DNA of 64,000 nt from an uncultured Candidatus Saccharibacteria bacterium (GTDB lineage Bacteria > Patescibacteriota > Minisyncoccia > UBA11713 > 2-01-FULL-45-33), in assembly GCA_964464405.1 (NCBI GenBank), contig CAYXFX010000003.1, forward strand, positions 6,410-70,409, given 5' to 3'. The notes below the pieces were generated by a model. That model had not been told where the DNA came from and did no database searches. It saw only the letters and a list, made by a program, of their open reading frames with translations. Within the stretch, counting starts at the first letter, position 1. The number at the start of each line of letters is the position of its first letter. Below are positions 18,024 to 28,653 of the stretch, in pieces. The position numbers and the translations under genes were made by a program.

Positions 18024-19925
18024 ATGTTGGATAAAAATCCCTTAAACCCCGCGCAAAAAGAAGCTGTTATTACAACTGAAGGGCCTATTTTGGTTATTGC
18101 TGGGGCAGGAGCAGGCAAAACAAAAGTAATTACAGAAAGAATCAAACATTTAATTGAAAAAGGTGTAGATCCGGGATCGATTATCGCTGTAACATTCACA
18201 AACAAAGCAGCTGGAGAAATGAAAGAAAGACTTCGTCTTTCAATTTCTGATTTTCAAGTTTCAATTTGCAATTATCCATTTATAGGCACCTTCCATTCGC
18301 TCGGGCTTTTGCTGATTAAAGAAAATCTTAAAGCGCTTGGCATAGGAAAAAATTTTTCGATTTTAGACGAAGATGATTCATTAAAGTTAGTAAAAGACTG
18401 CGAGCTTGAATTAAATATCGACCCCAAACAATTTGATCCCGGCAGAATCCGCGGACAAATTTCGAAATTAAAAAATAAAATGATGGGGCCAAACGAATTT
18501 ACCGCGGATGATACAGGATTTTTCGGACAAATTTTAGGAAACATCTGGAATTTATACGAAACCAAAAAACAAGCGCAAGATTTTTTAGATTTTGATGACC
18601 TTTTGCTTTTTCCGACCAAACTTTTAGAAAAAGACAAAAAAATTTTGGAGCGCTACCAAAACCGCTGGAAATACATCCATATAGATGAATATCAGGACAC
18701 GAACGACGTCCAATACGCGCTTTCCAAACTGCTTGCGAGTTTTTATAAAAATATTATGGTTGTGGGAGACATTGACCAAGCAATCTATTCATGGAGAGGA
18801 GCTGACTTCAGAAATATTCTTTATTTTAAAGAAGACTATCCGCAGGCAAAAGTTGTAACGCTTGAAGAAAACTACCGCTCGACAAATATTATTTTAGAGG
18901 CGGCAAATTCTGTTATTTTAAAAAACAAAGAACGCCTCCCAAAAAATTTGTGGACAAAAAAAACAGGCAGTGAAAAAATTAAAATAGTTTTCGGAGAAGA
19001 TGAAAAAAAAGAAGCGGAACTCATTGCTTCCGAAATAAAAAATTTGATAAAAAACGGAGATTCGTACGGAGATATTGCGGTACTTTACCGAACGAACGCG
19101 CAGTCGCGCGCAATAGAAGAAGGTTTTTTAAGTATGGGCTTGCCTCACAAAATAATCGGCGGAACGCGTTTTTATGACCGCAAGGAAATCAAAGACATGC
19201 TCGCGTATCTTAAGCTCATTTACAATCCGAAGGATATTATTTCAAAAAAAAGAATTTTAAACATTCCTCCGCGCGGCATCGGCAAAACTCTTTCGTTAAA
19301 AATTTTAGGCGGAATAGAACTAAAAGAAAGCGAGAAATTAAAGAACGAAGAATTTGAGCGTGTTATTTCTTATCTAAAAGAAGAAGCAGAAAAAAATGAA
19401 ATTTCAGCGCTTGTAAAAATCTTAATAAATAAAATTGGTTATAAAAAATTCATAAATGACGGGACCGAAAAAGGAACGGAGAGGTGGCAAAACGTTGAGG
19501 AGCTTTTGACCGTTGCTAAAAGCCTTCGAACGCTTGAAGAATTTTTGGAGCATGTTTCTCTTTTTTCTGTTGACGACCATTATAACAACGAAGGAAACTC
19601 GAAAAATAAGAGAGTAAGTTTAATGACCATGCACTCGGCAAAAGGGCTTGAATTCGAAGCTGTTTTTGTTGCGGGGCTAGAAGAGGGGCTTTTTCCGCAC
19701 ACGTTATCGCTCGAGCCGGGAGATTTAGAGGAAGAGCGCAGACTTTATTATGTTGCGATCACCCGCGCAAAAAAACATTTATATTTGACGCTCGCTTCGC
19801 GCCGGATGATTTTCGGCGAACGCACCGCAAACATTCCTTCAAGATTTTTACAGGAGATACCCAAGCATTTGGTTGAATTTAAAAATTATCCCGAAGAGTA
19901 CGAAGAAAATATTATAGTTGAATAA
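18024..19925 (+). CDS. pcrA: UvrD/PcrA DNA helicase
   Basis: AGAGAGKT, DEYQDTN, GDIDQAIYSWRGA, HSAKGLEF, EERRLYYVAITRA. Confidence 0.93.
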   Translation: MLDKNPLNPAQKEAVITTEGPILVIAGAGAGKTKVITERIKHLIEKGVDPGSIIAVTFTNKAAGEMKERLRLSISDFQVSICNYPFIGTFHSLGLLLIKENLKALGIGKNFSILDEDDSLKLVKDCELELNIDPKQFDPGRIRGQISKLKNKMMGPNEFTADDTGFFGQILGNIWNLYETKKQAQDFLDFDDLLLFPTKLLEKDKKILERYQNRWKYIHIDEYQDTNDVQYALSKLLASFYKNIMVVGDIDQAIYSWRGADFRNILYFKEDYPQAKVVTLEENYRSTNIILEAANSVILKNKERLPKNLWTKKTGSEKIKIVFGEDEKKEAELIASEIKNLIKNGDSYGDIAVLYRTNAQSRAIEEGFLSMGLPHKIIGGTRFYDRKEIKDMLAYLKLIYNPKDIISKKRILNIPPRGIGKTLSLKILGGIELKESEKLKNEEFERVISYLKEEAEKNEISALVKILINKIGYKKFINDGTEKGTERWQNVEELLTVAKSLRTLEEFLEHVSLFSVDDHYNNEGNSKNKRVSLMTMHSAKGLEFEAVFVAGLEEGLFPHTLSLEPGDLEEERRLYYVAITRAKKHLYLTLASRRMIFGERTANIPSRFLQEIPKHLVEFKNYPEEYEENIIVE

Positions 19926-19936
19926 TAACTAAAATT

Positions 19937-20680
19937 ATGAGAAGAAAAAAATTTTTGGGACAAAATTTTTTAAATAAGAAAAAGATTTTGGAAGAAATGG
20001 CGCGCGTAGCAAAACTTTCAAAAAAAGATGTTGTGCTTGAAGTCGGAGCGGGACTGGGTTCGCTTACAAAAATTTTGGCCGCACGAGCAAAAAAAGTGAT
20101 TGCCGTAGAAAAAGATCGCGAACTAATTCCTTTTTTGAAAGAAAAATTCAGTAAAGAAAAACATGTTGAAATTATCGAGGGTGACATTTTAAAATTTGAA
20201 AATTTTAAATTGAAAATTGGAAATTTTAAACTAGTCGCCAACATCCCTTACTACATCACTGGAAACTTTTTGCGAAAGTTTTTATCCGATAATAAACTCC
20301 GCCCTCAAGAGATGGTAATTATGATTCAAAAAGAAGTCGCGGATAGAATTTTGGCTCGCGATAAAAAAGAATCGCTCCTTTCAATTTCCGTTAAAGCTTA
20401 CGGGAAACCGGAGTTTGTCCGAAAAATATCGCGCGGAAATTTTTCTCCGCCGCCAAAAGTTGATTCGGCAATTATAAAAATATCCGGAGTTTCGAATAAA
20501 TGGTTTTTTAAAAATAAAATAAACGAAGAAAAGTTTTTTGAAATTTTGCGCCTCGCTTTCCAAAAAAAAAGAAAAATGCTCCGCGCATCGATCGGCAAAA
20601 TTATTTCCCTTCCCGAAAAGTTTACAACAAAGCGACCCGAAAAACTTTCACTTGACGACTGGGGTGAAATTTTGAAATAA
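19937..20680 (+). CDS. rsmA: 16S rRNA dimethyladenosine transferase
   Basis: LGQNFL, EVGAGLG, VANIPYYIT, PPPKVDS. Confidence 0.95.
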   Translation: MRRKKFLGQNFLNKKKILEEMARVAKLSKKDVVLEVGAGLGSLTKILAARAKKVIAVEKDRELIPFLKEKFSKEKHVEIIEGDILKFENFKLKIGNFKLVANIPYYITGNFLRKFLSDNKLRPQEMVIMIQKEVADRILARDKKESLLSISVKAYGKPEFVRKISRGNFSPPPKVDSAIIKISGVSNKWFFKNKINEEKFFEILRLAFQKKRKMLRASIGKIISLPEKFTTKRPEKLSLDDWGEILK

Positions 20681-20702
20681 AGAAAACCGCACTCGCGTGC
20701 GG

Positions 20703-21017
20703 TCATACATTAACTTTAGTTTTTTTCTTAACTATCCATATTTCATATATGGAAGCTACTAAAGATACAACGACCAGATCGTAGTTATTAACTTTGGCTC
20801 CGAGCTTTAAAAAACCCGCGAGGATTAATGCCGATGCTAATATGACTATCCCCCGAAACAACGAAACGTTTTTCACAAACTGCCCTTCATAAACACAAAT
20901 TACCAAAGTCACAAAAGCAAACAGGTCGGCTAACTCTCCTCGATTGGTTGCTGCACTAAAAATTGTTGCAACCAAAAACGACCCAAACACAATACCTATC
21001 ATTCGCGCTGCAAACAT
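20703..21017 (-). CDS. Small multi-pass membrane protein
   Basis: 104 aa, four hydrophobic segments, GGGAG SD, downstream hairpin ACCGCAC/GTGCGGT. Confidence 0.6.
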   Translation of the reverse strand: MFAARMIGIVFGSFLVATIFSAATNRGELADLFAFVTLVICVYEGQFVKNVSLFRGIVILASALILAGFLKLGAKVNNYDLVVVSLVASIYEIWIVKKKTKVNV

Positions 21018-21112
21018 TATAATCTCCCTTCTTTATTTTCTACTTCAAGAATAACACATTACAGTGAAAAAATCAAGTAACTTTGAGCTTTAATTCGGGA
21101 TACAATATACAA

Positions 21113-21859
21113 ATGAAGCAAAAAGGGAGCAAAAAAGCATTGATTTTGTTGTTTTTTATAACTTTTTCTCTTTTTTACCCTTTTCTTGAAGCAAAAGCCG
21201 CGACCAAGGTTTATGAATATACCAGGGGATTCGGAGGTAAAATTACAAAAATTCAGGCCTGCTCGGTACCCCCCGGATTTGTTATTCACGTAGGACCGCC
21301 CACACCCGGGAAGTTCTTCTTAAATCCGGCGACAAGTTCAATTCATCCATACGGCGTAATTATGCCGGGAGTTTGGGTTTTAGGTAATGCGGCGCCCACT
21401 CCCATGACTTGTTCGGAGGGTAATCCCAAAGGAATCGGTGGATTCGGCGCTTTGGGAGGACTTGCCGGTTCAACCGGTTCACTGTTTTCTGCTTCGACAA
21501 GACTTAACGAATTCGACGAAATTTCAGGCATAACGATAAGCGGTCCTTTGGGAGGTTTGAGATTAGAGGGACAATTAGGCGAAACTTTGGGCGGAATTTC
21601 AAATTCTCTAGGAGGAATAAGCGACTCAATAGGTAATATAACCAGTTCTTTAGGAAATATAGGAAGCGCTTTTTCTATTGTCGGCTCATTAATGAGCGGG
21701 GATTTTGTGGGAGCAGCTTTAAGCGTTATAACTTTTTTTGACCCGACTGGACTTACATCTTTAGCAAAACTTTTTGTATCTTTTCTCGATGACCCACCAT
21801 CTTTGGGCTCTGCGTATCCGATAATACACATAGGAACAAGCCTTTATCCTGCCCGCTAG
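21113..21859 (+). CDS. Secreted Gly/Ser-rich hypothetical protein
   Basis: Signal peptide (..AKA), Cys pair, heptad-like GGISNSL repeats, hydrophobic C-terminus. Confidence 0.7.
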   Translation: MKQKGSKKALILLFFITFSLFYPFLEAKAATKVYEYTRGFGGKITKIQACSVPPGFVIHVGPPTPGKFFLNPATSSIHPYGVIMPGVWVLGNAAPTPMTCSEGNPKGIGGFGALGGLAGSTGSLFSASTRLNEFDEISGITISGPLGGLRLEGQLGETLGGISNSLGGISDSIGNITSSLGNIGSAFSIVGSLMSGDFVGAALSVITFFDPTGLTSLAKLFVSFLDDPPSLGSAYPIIHIGTSLYPAR

Positions 21860-21885
21860 CTTTAATTTTATTTAACTTTATACAC

Positions 21886-21914
21886 AGAGCTTCGAAGCCG
21901 AGCTTTGAAGCTCT
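21886..21914. repeat. Palindrome, divergent family C-like
   Basis: AGAGCTTCGAAGC-CGA-GCTTTGAAGCTCT. Confidence 0.6.
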
Positions 21915-21938
21915 TCGTGGTATAATTAAGAAGGAAAA

Positions 21939-22976
21939 ATGGGCTACGCACCGTCAAAAAATTTCATAGCCCTTGTTTCTGCTACACTTGTCATTCTCTT
22001 TGTGGGGTTTTTCATAACGCGTGTTGTGCTTCCTGAAAAAAAAGCGAAAAAAGAACGCCTTGCGTCCGCTCTAAATGCGATTCAAAAACCCGAGGCCGGG
22101 TTTTTGGAAGCTTACGAAGATGCTAACCGCGACACAGACGGCGACGGCCTTAAGGATTGGGAAGAAATCTTGTGGAAATCCGATCCGCATAAGCCAGACA
22201 CCGACGAAGACGGCACAACAGACAAAGAAGAAACCAAAGAAAACCGAAGTCCTGTTGTTGCCGGCAAAAAAAATTCGGACGGATCTTGGAGCGACGCGGT
22301 AAAGTCAGCAGAAGTTCCGGAAAAAACTTCAACTTCAACACCCAAAACACTTACGGAACGTATTGCGCGCCAATTTGCGGTTGAATATTTGACCACCGAA
22401 GGGGTAGCCGGCGGAAACATAAATAATTTTCAAAAAGAATCAATTACCGAATCCCTAGTAGAGTCGCTAAGCAAAGACGCGCTTCTTTACAAAGACAAAT
22501 ACGCAACCAAAGATATAAAAATTTTAGATGGCGCGTCTCCCGACACAAAAAAGGAATATTTAAATAAAATCGGGGAAACACTTAAAAAAAATCTAAAGGG
22601 AACTGAGCGTTCCGAAATGGAAATTTTAAACGAAGCTATTTCCATGGGAAAATACGATAGTCTTTCAAAATTAGATGACTATATTTCAGCTTACAAAAAA
22701 AGTTTAGAATTTTTAAAAAATTTAAATTCACCTAAAGAATACGCGTATTTCCATCTTGAGCTTATGAATATTTTGGAAAACACGATAAATGCGGACAACT
22801 TTATAAAAACAACCAGCAGCGATCCCGCGCGCGGGCTTGTGGGGCTTTATATTTATTCAAATCAAATAAGCCGCCTCGCAAATTTTTATAAATCAATTGA
22901 GCGGCAAATCAGAATTGATAATTTATCATTTAAGCCGAACGATGGCGGATATTATTTTGCAAATTCCGGGTTATGA
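21939..22976 (+). CDS. Membrane-anchored protein with TSP3-like Ca-binding repeats
   Basis: DTDGDGLKDWEE..DP..PDTDEDG. Confidence 0.75.
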   Translation: MGYAPSKNFIALVSATLVILFVGFFITRVVLPEKKAKKERLASALNAIQKPEAGFLEAYEDANRDTDGDGLKDWEEILWKSDPHKPDTDEDGTTDKEETKENRSPVVAGKKNSDGSWSDAVKSAEVPEKTSTSTPKTLTERIARQFAVEYLTTEGVAGGNINNFQKESITESLVESLSKDALLYKDKYATKDIKILDGASPDTKKEYLNKIGETLKKNLKGTERSEMEILNEAISMGKYDSLSKLDDYISAYKKSLEFLKNLNSPKEYAYFHLELMNILENTINADNFIKTTSSDPARGLVGLYIYSNQISRLANFYKSIERQIRIDNLSFKPNDGGYYFANSGL

Positions 22977-24439
22977 AAATATTTAATCTAAAATCAATTA
23001 CAGCTTTTTTGATTGCTTTTATTTTGAGTACAAATATTTTTCTTCCGAATATTGTTTTTGCCGAAACAGAAGTTTCGCCCGACGAGCTGATGGATCCGTT
23101 TGCCGGGCAAGATCTTTCCGGAGGCGCGGGAGATTCGGGGTTAGGAAGCATTCCGGGAATCGGAGGGCTTTTAAGCGGAGCGCTTCGCACAAATCTGGTT
23201 CCTATCAGCATGCAGCAAGATATCCCGGGGACAGCGCGCGACATCGCAAATAAAATTGCGTGGGGAATTGCAAAAATGATGATACACCAATTAACCCAAC
23301 AGATAGTGCAGCTCATCCGGACTGGAGGGCAGGGCGGCGGAGCTTTGTTTGTACAAGATTGGCAAGGCTTTTTGCTTGATGCGGCGGACCAGGCAAGCGG
23401 GGTTTTTTTGCAAGAACTTAATTTAACACAACTCTGCCAGCCATTCGGGATAAAACTGCGCTTGCTTTTCGCGGATGATAGTGCGCGCCTTCCTTTACAA
23501 AGAAGGCTTTCGTGCACCGTTTCAACAGTCGCAAGAAATATTCAGGGATTTCTTGACGATTTTAATAATGGAGGGTGGGCGAGGTGGTTTGAAATCACGC
23601 AAGTTCCGCAAAATAATTTTTATGGCGCATATTTAATTGCATTGGATGACAAGTTAACCCGTGAAGCAAATGCGGTCGCAGCCGCGCGAAACGAGGCAAT
23701 TTCAGCAAATGGATTTATCGGAGTAAAAGAATGTGAACCAACAGTTGAAACAGAACCGGGAGATGCGCCCATCGGAGAAGTTTGTAAAATTGTAAGTCCG
23801 GGAAAATATTTGGAAAATCGTTTAGCTGAAGCGACCACCGATGATATTCGTCAACTAGGACTCGCTGATTCATTTAATGAAATTTTAATCGCTGCTTTTC
23901 AATCCTTAATAAACAACCTCTTCTTCTCGCAAGGCGGGCTTGCAAGCTCAAATATCAGATCTTCCACCATCAGAAATCAGCTGCAAGAAGACTTGTTTAC
24001 CGTAAAACAAAGTGGGCTACAGCTTTCGGGAATTGATTCTGCGATAGCCGCAACAAAAGCAATTATAAACAAAAAACAAAACTCGCTCGCGAAAATCAAT
24101 GAAGCGCTAGACGCACTAGGAAATTTAAAAACATGCCTACAAGACGGCGGAAAAACATTGGCTTCGGCAAATACAGATATCAATTCCGCCACAACCGTTA
24201 AAACATCGCTTGAAAACGACTTGCTTGACCAAAATATTCTTTTAATAAATTTAGAAGACGACAAATTTGATATGACAAACGCGTCCACTGTCGCAACCCT
24301 TAACGACGCGCTTTCAAAAGCGTATGAAAATGTATCCGAGGTCGGATCATACGCAATAGCAGCCGCAGAAAACAGCCAAATTACAACCATTCGCACAAAA
24401 GCGGTTTCGGATTTAACATCATGTGAAAATTCAAACTAA
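22973..24439 (+). CDS. Secreted hypothetical protein of the T4SS-like cluster
   Basis: Signal peptide, Cys pairs, helical C-terminus; translationally coupled to its neighbours. Confidence 0.7.
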   Translation: MKIFNLKSITAFLIAFILSTNIFLPNIVFAETEVSPDELMDPFAGQDLSGGAGDSGLGSIPGIGGLLSGALRTNLVPISMQQDIPGTARDIANKIAWGIAKMMIHQLTQQIVQLIRTGGQGGGALFVQDWQGFLLDAADQASGVFLQELNLTQLCQPFGIKLRLLFADDSARLPLQRRLSCTVSTVARNIQGFLDDFNNGGWARWFEITQVPQNNFYGAYLIALDDKLTREANAVAAARNEAISANGFIGVKECEPTVETEPGDAPIGEVCKIVSPGKYLENRLAEATTDDIRQLGLADSFNEILIAAFQSLINNLFFSQGGLASSNIRSSTIRNQLQEDLFTVKQSGLQLSGIDSAIAATKAIINKKQNSLAKINEALDALGNLKTCLQDGGKTLASANTDINSATTVKTSLENDLLDQNILLINLEDDKFDMTNASTVATLNDALSKAYENVSEVGSYAIAAAENSQITTIRTKAVSDLTSCENSN

Positions 24440-27400
24440 AATGAATTTCTTCAAAAATAAAAATTTAAAAATTATTTTATTAAGCGCTTTGGTTTTGGCG
24501 CTCTTAATTAATTTTGGCTTTAACGTTCCAAACGCGGAAGCGGCCGGCACAAAATTTGGGAGCCAGCTGAAAACAAACCTGCAATCCGGCTTTAAATCTC
24601 TGGGAAGCGACATTGCAAGCGCGTCTGTTTATATTGCGGTAATTTATGTTGTTTTATTTGTTATACTCCAAGTGCTTTTATGGTTTTTTGACGCAGCTTC
24701 TCAATTAATAAATGCCGCCTTCGCGTTTGCAACTCGTCCGGAATGGTACAACAACGAAGCGGTTACGGCGGCTTGGACGATAATTCGGAATTTTGCCAAT
24801 ATCTGGTTTATTTTTCTTTTGCTTTTCGTAGCAATTGCAACCATTTTGCGTGTCCAGCGCTACCAGGCCAAAGAAATGGTGCTATGGATAATTATAATGG
24901 CAATTTTAATTAATTTCAGTTTGCCTATTACTAAAATTATTATAGACGTTTCAAATATTTTAACTTTTCAATTTGTTAAAACTATGGGGGTTTTGATAAC
25001 GAACGAAAAAACAAATGGAAGGGTTTATGACATTGCAGGAACAATTGAAAATAGTGTGGGAGTCAGAAGATTAATCAATGATACCGAATCTGATTATGCA
25101 GTTCCGGGGTTGGAACAAGAAAAAGTGCAATCACCCGAAAAAACGCAACAAAATACTCAGGGTTTTGTACCAGTCAATCAAGGAGAAGCCAATACTTTTT
25201 CTATTTTACCGCACGCAAAAGCGGTTATTGATCCGATTTCTATCGGCATCGGCGTGCTTGTATGGATCGGTCTCAATGTTGTCGCCCCAGCTGCCCTCGG
25301 ATGGGTCGCGTATCAAATCGGTTTTGCCGGAGTGATTCTCAATCCGATAATTAACTTATTGATCAGCAACATTCTCATCGGATTTGCGGTTTATGTAATA
25401 ATTTCTTTGGCAATATTTTTATTAATAAGGACTGTAGCGCTTATGTTTTTGGTGGCCACTTCGCCTGCCGGATTTTTACTTTCAGCTTTTCCGGGTTTTT
25501 CAACTTATTCCAGCAAATGGTGGAGTGCTTTATTAAATCAAGCATTCTTCGCGCCCGCGGTAGCGTTTCTTTTGTGGCTTAGTCTTTCCTTAACCAGCCA
25601 AATACAAATGAATTTAAATCAGCAGGGCCTGACAAATTCCATAATTGATCTTCGAAATGGAAGAATTATATTTTTTGTTTTAACAATAATTTTGCTCTAT
25701 ATGTCGCTGCGCGTTGCAAGAGATATGGGGGCTTACGGAGCAGAAACAGCAATAGGTTTGGGGAAGAAAATTAAAGATTTTGCACTCGGCGGAGTAAAAG
25801 GATTCGCAAAAAGCACGTTTGTCGCGCCAATTGGAAAATCTTTGGAAAAAACCGGCGTTGCCGATCAGCTTGGGCGAATTCCTGTTGTTGGGCCAGTTTT
25901 AGGACGGCAAGCAAATAAAGGAGTTGATTGGTTAAAAACGCGCGGTGCAGCGGATAAAATCGCGCAGGAAGAAGCCAATCTTGGAATGAAACTGCCGGAA
26001 TCTCAAAGAGCGGGATATTTTGGGCGCCTTAATCTGGCCGGGAAAGAAGCATTGCTTCGCAAAATGAGTCCGGACGAGCGCGCCAGATTTATGGAAAATT
26101 TGGAAAAAACTAACCCGAGACAAAAGAAAATAGCGGAAGGAATTATGGGTTCTGCGTTGTTTAGACCGGGAGAACGCGCGCAGTTTGATATTGCGACATA
26201 TAAGCGCATGACCTCACAGCAACAATACGAAAACTTTGATAAATTAAGCGAAGAAGCGCAAAGCGATTTCCTGCACGGAATGGATGCTTCAAAACAAGCT
26301 GAATTTAAAGAAAAATTAAACGCGGACGGCAAAAGAAAACTAAATGATCTTATTGCCTCTCCAAGGTTTTCTCAAAAAGAAAAACAGGATTTCAAAATTG
26401 CAGAAATTATGCAACAAACGGAAGAAGAAAAGCACATCAAATTTGCTTCGGAGCTTAATGACGCAGACAAAGAGACGATGCTTCGCAAAATGTCAGACGA
26501 TCAAAAGACAAAATTCCTCGCGGGTTACAGAAAAACTCCGCCTGCGCAACTTTCTCCACAACAACTCGCGAATTGGAATTCAGCAGATGCAACAGCCCAT
26601 AACATAATTAGCACTAAATTCACTGATTCTGAAAAAAGAACATTCGAGGAAGCTGAGGACAAGCAGTGGATTAAAGATAATTCGAGCAACTTTTCTGCTA
26701 ACTTCATTAACCTTACAAACCCCGTAAAAGAACGCATTTTCAAAACAGCTTCGGACTATCAAAAGGCAGAGCTTGCATTTAAGTTGAGGGACTCCGGAAA
26801 CGAAAACGCAATTAGAGATCTGTCAAACAAACTAACTCCGGAAGAAAAAGACAAATTCTACAAAGAAAACGCAAATTATGTAGCCCGCCAAAAAGTTGCG
26901 GACATCGAAAGAATTGCGCCCAAACTCGAAAACGAAGAACTAGATTATTTTGTTCGCAGCGCTGACATTTTCAAAGTTTCCGAACTGCTAAACACGACAC
27001 AAAATAACATTGTTCTAGGGAAAATAGGAACAAGCATACGCAGACAGGGCTCGGGCCAAAAACTTGCGGGCTCCGTCCGACCAAATATTTATGTCGAGGA
27101 GATCAAAGGAATTGCGCGGCTCGATCCAACTGGAAATATTTCTGATAACTATAAAACAGAGCTTAAAAAACATTACGCAACTTCTGATCCAAAAGTTTTA
27201 CGAAACCTGCTTACTCCGGAGATAATTAAACAGCCGGAAATTTTTGATGATCTTTTAATTGCTGGTTCTCTTAAAAATTTTGCTGATATAACCACGGATT
27301 CTTTGCGCGCCGCGGCAGTAAAAGAAAAAATTGACGAACAAATCCATAACGCACATGCTGCAAATCATCTGCAACAAACCATCCAAAAAATAAATACTGA

Positions 27401-27683
27401 TCCACAACTATCAAGAGAGTATAATAATTTAATAAACAACTATTTAGCCACCGCTGGAGGCATTCCCGGTGCACAGGCGCTTGCACAAACCACAGCAATT
27501 AACGAGATGTTGAACACAAATACGCGCGCTCGCGCTGAAGCTTTAGCTGAAATTCTGGAAAGTAAGACAAATACACAAACAGCACAACAAATCAGAGACC
27601 AGCTTAGCCAGCCGGGCGCGCCGAACCGGCCGTTTCTAGAAAGATTATTAAAAGGTGAGCCTCCAAAAGGCAAATTAAAATAA
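24423..27683 (+). CDS. Large VirB6/TrbL-like polytopic membrane protein with long helical C-terminus
   Basis: WTIIRNFAN..ILINFS..IIDVSN, multiple TM segments, WWSALL..FFAP; located upstream of prgI and virB4. Confidence 0.7.
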   Translation: MKIQTKMNFFKNKNLKIILLSALVLALLINFGFNVPNAEAAGTKFGSQLKTNLQSGFKSLGSDIASASVYIAVIYVVLFVILQVLLWFFDAASQLINAAFAFATRPEWYNNEAVTAAWTIIRNFANIWFIFLLLFVAIATILRVQRYQAKEMVLWIIIMAILINFSLPITKIIIDVSNILTFQFVKTMGVLITNEKTNGRVYDIAGTIENSVGVRRLINDTESDYAVPGLEQEKVQSPEKTQQNTQGFVPVNQGEANTFSILPHAKAVIDPISIGIGVLVWIGLNVVAPAALGWVAYQIGFAGVILNPIINLLISNILIGFAVYVIISLAIFLLIRTVALMFLVATSPAGFLLSAFPGFSTYSSKWWSALLNQAFFAPAVAFLLWLSLSLTSQIQMNLNQQGLTNSIIDLRNGRIIFFVLTIILLYMSLRVARDMGAYGAETAIGLGKKIKDFALGGVKGFAKSTFVAPIGKSLEKTGVADQLGRIPVVGPVLGRQANKGVDWLKTRGAADKIAQEEANLGMKLPESQRAGYFGRLNLAGKEALLRKMSPDERARFMENLEKTNPRQKKIAEGIMGSALFRPGERAQFDIATYKRMTSQQQYENFDKLSEEAQSDFLHGMDASKQAEFKEKLNADGKRKLNDLIASPRFSQKEKQDFKIAEIMQQTEEEKHIKFASELNDADKETMLRKMSDDQKTKFLAGYRKTPPAQLSPQQLANWNSADATAHNIISTKFTDSEKRTFEEAEDKQWIKDNSSNFSANFINLTNPVKERIFKTASDYQKAELAFKLRDSGNENAIRDLSNKLTPEEKDKFYKENANYVARQKVADIERIAPKLENEELDYFVRSADIFKVSELLNTTQNNIVLGKIGTSIRRQGSGQKLAGSVRPNIYVEEIKGIARLDPTGNISDNYKTELKKHYATSDPKVLRNLLTPEIIKQPEIFDDLLIAGSLKNFADITTDSLRAAAVKEKIDEQIHNAHAANHLQQTIQKINTDPQLSREYNNLINNYLATAGGIPGAQALAQTTAINEMLNTNTRARAEALAEILESKTNTQTAQQIRDQLSQPGAPNRPFLERLLKGEPPKGKLK

Positions 27684-27685
27684 AT

Positions 27686-28639
27686 ATGGACGACCAAAAA
27701 CAAAAAGACATATTAGAAACTTACGCGAATTTGCCAGCTGATTTGCAAAACGCACTTTTCGCGCCGCAAACTACGTCCGCAATACGAGAAATTGGAAAAA
27801 AGCACGAACTTACTTTAGATAAAGTCGGAGTTTTGGGAGATGAAACCGGGGCTGTAATGATGGGGCTTGCTCCGCTTAACGAATTTATTAAAAATCTTTC
27901 CATAAAACTCGAGGTGGACCGCACGAAAGCGCGTTCGATTGCAGAAGATATAAACGCGCAGATTTTTAAACCTGTTAGAGAATCATTAAAACAAGTTCAC
28001 CACGTTGTTTCTACAACAGAACCGACTCAAGGCGCCTCTAAGGAAATACCCCCTCCTACTCCCCCTTATAAAGTGGGAGATAATCAGTTTTCCCCTCCTT
28101 TACAAGGAGGGGCCGGGGAGGTAATAACGACCAAACCAGAGGAAAAACTTGAAAGAGAAGTCGTTCCAAAAAGCGAAACCAAAAAAATTCCCCCGCTTCC
28201 CAAAGAAATGATTGACGGGCTTAAATCTAAAATTCCCTCATTTATTGGGGGCAGTTCAGACTCTCCGAAAACCGTAACTTTTGAGCAATCAACAGTTGGT
28301 GGAGAAATTAAAAAACCCGAGCCTCCTGAAAATTTGCCTGTAGAAATTGTTTCCCCGCCGGCCTCCTTGAAGTCCGACTTCAAATCCCAAAAGAAGTCGG
28401 ACTTCATCCCAGCCGGCGAACCAACAATTTTTGCCAAAAAACTGCCGGAGGAGGAACCTTTGGTAATAAAGCCCATGCCCAACCGATTCGGCATGAGCGC
28501 CGCAGAGCCTTCCCAAACTGCTTCGCTGCAATCAGAGTTAGAAAAAGAATTAGGCGGCTCCATCCGTAGAGGAACAGCATCTCCGGACATTCCGCGCCCA
28601 CCCAAAAAAAACGATCCGTATAGAGAACCGATCGAGTAA
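27686..28639 (+). CDS. Hypothetical protein with Pro-rich linker containing repeat insertions
   Basis: Ordered helical N-terminus, DPYREPIE C-terminus, family B and C palindromes inside the linker. Confidence 0.75.
   Translation: MDDQKQKDILETYANLPADLQNALFAPQTTSAIREIGKKHELTLDKVGVLGDETGAVMMGLAPLNEFIKNLSIKLEVDRTKARSIAEDINAQIFKPVRESLKQVHHVVSTTEPTQGASKEIPPPTPPYKVGDNQFSPPLQGGAGEVITTKPEEKLEREVVPKSETKKIPPLPKEMIDGLKSKIPSFIGGSSDSPKTVTFEQSTVGGEIKKPEPPENLPVEIVSPPASLKSDFKSQKKSDFIPAGEPTIFAKKLPEEEPLVIKPMPNRFGMSAAEPSQTASLQSELEKELGGSIRRGTASPDIPRPPKKNDPYREPIE
28048..28122. repeat. Inverted pair of family B palindromes inside a CDS
   Basis: ACCCCCTCCTACTCCCCCTTATAAAGTGGGAGA ... TCCCCTCCTTTACAAGGAGGGGCCGGGGAGGT. 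Confidence 0.75.
28367..28405. repeat. Inverted pair of family C palindromes inside a CDS
   Basis: TTGAAGTCCGACTTCAA..GAAGTCGGACTTC, encoding LKSDFKSQKKSDF. Confidence 0.75.
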
Positions 28640-28653
28640 ATTAGCATCGCATT

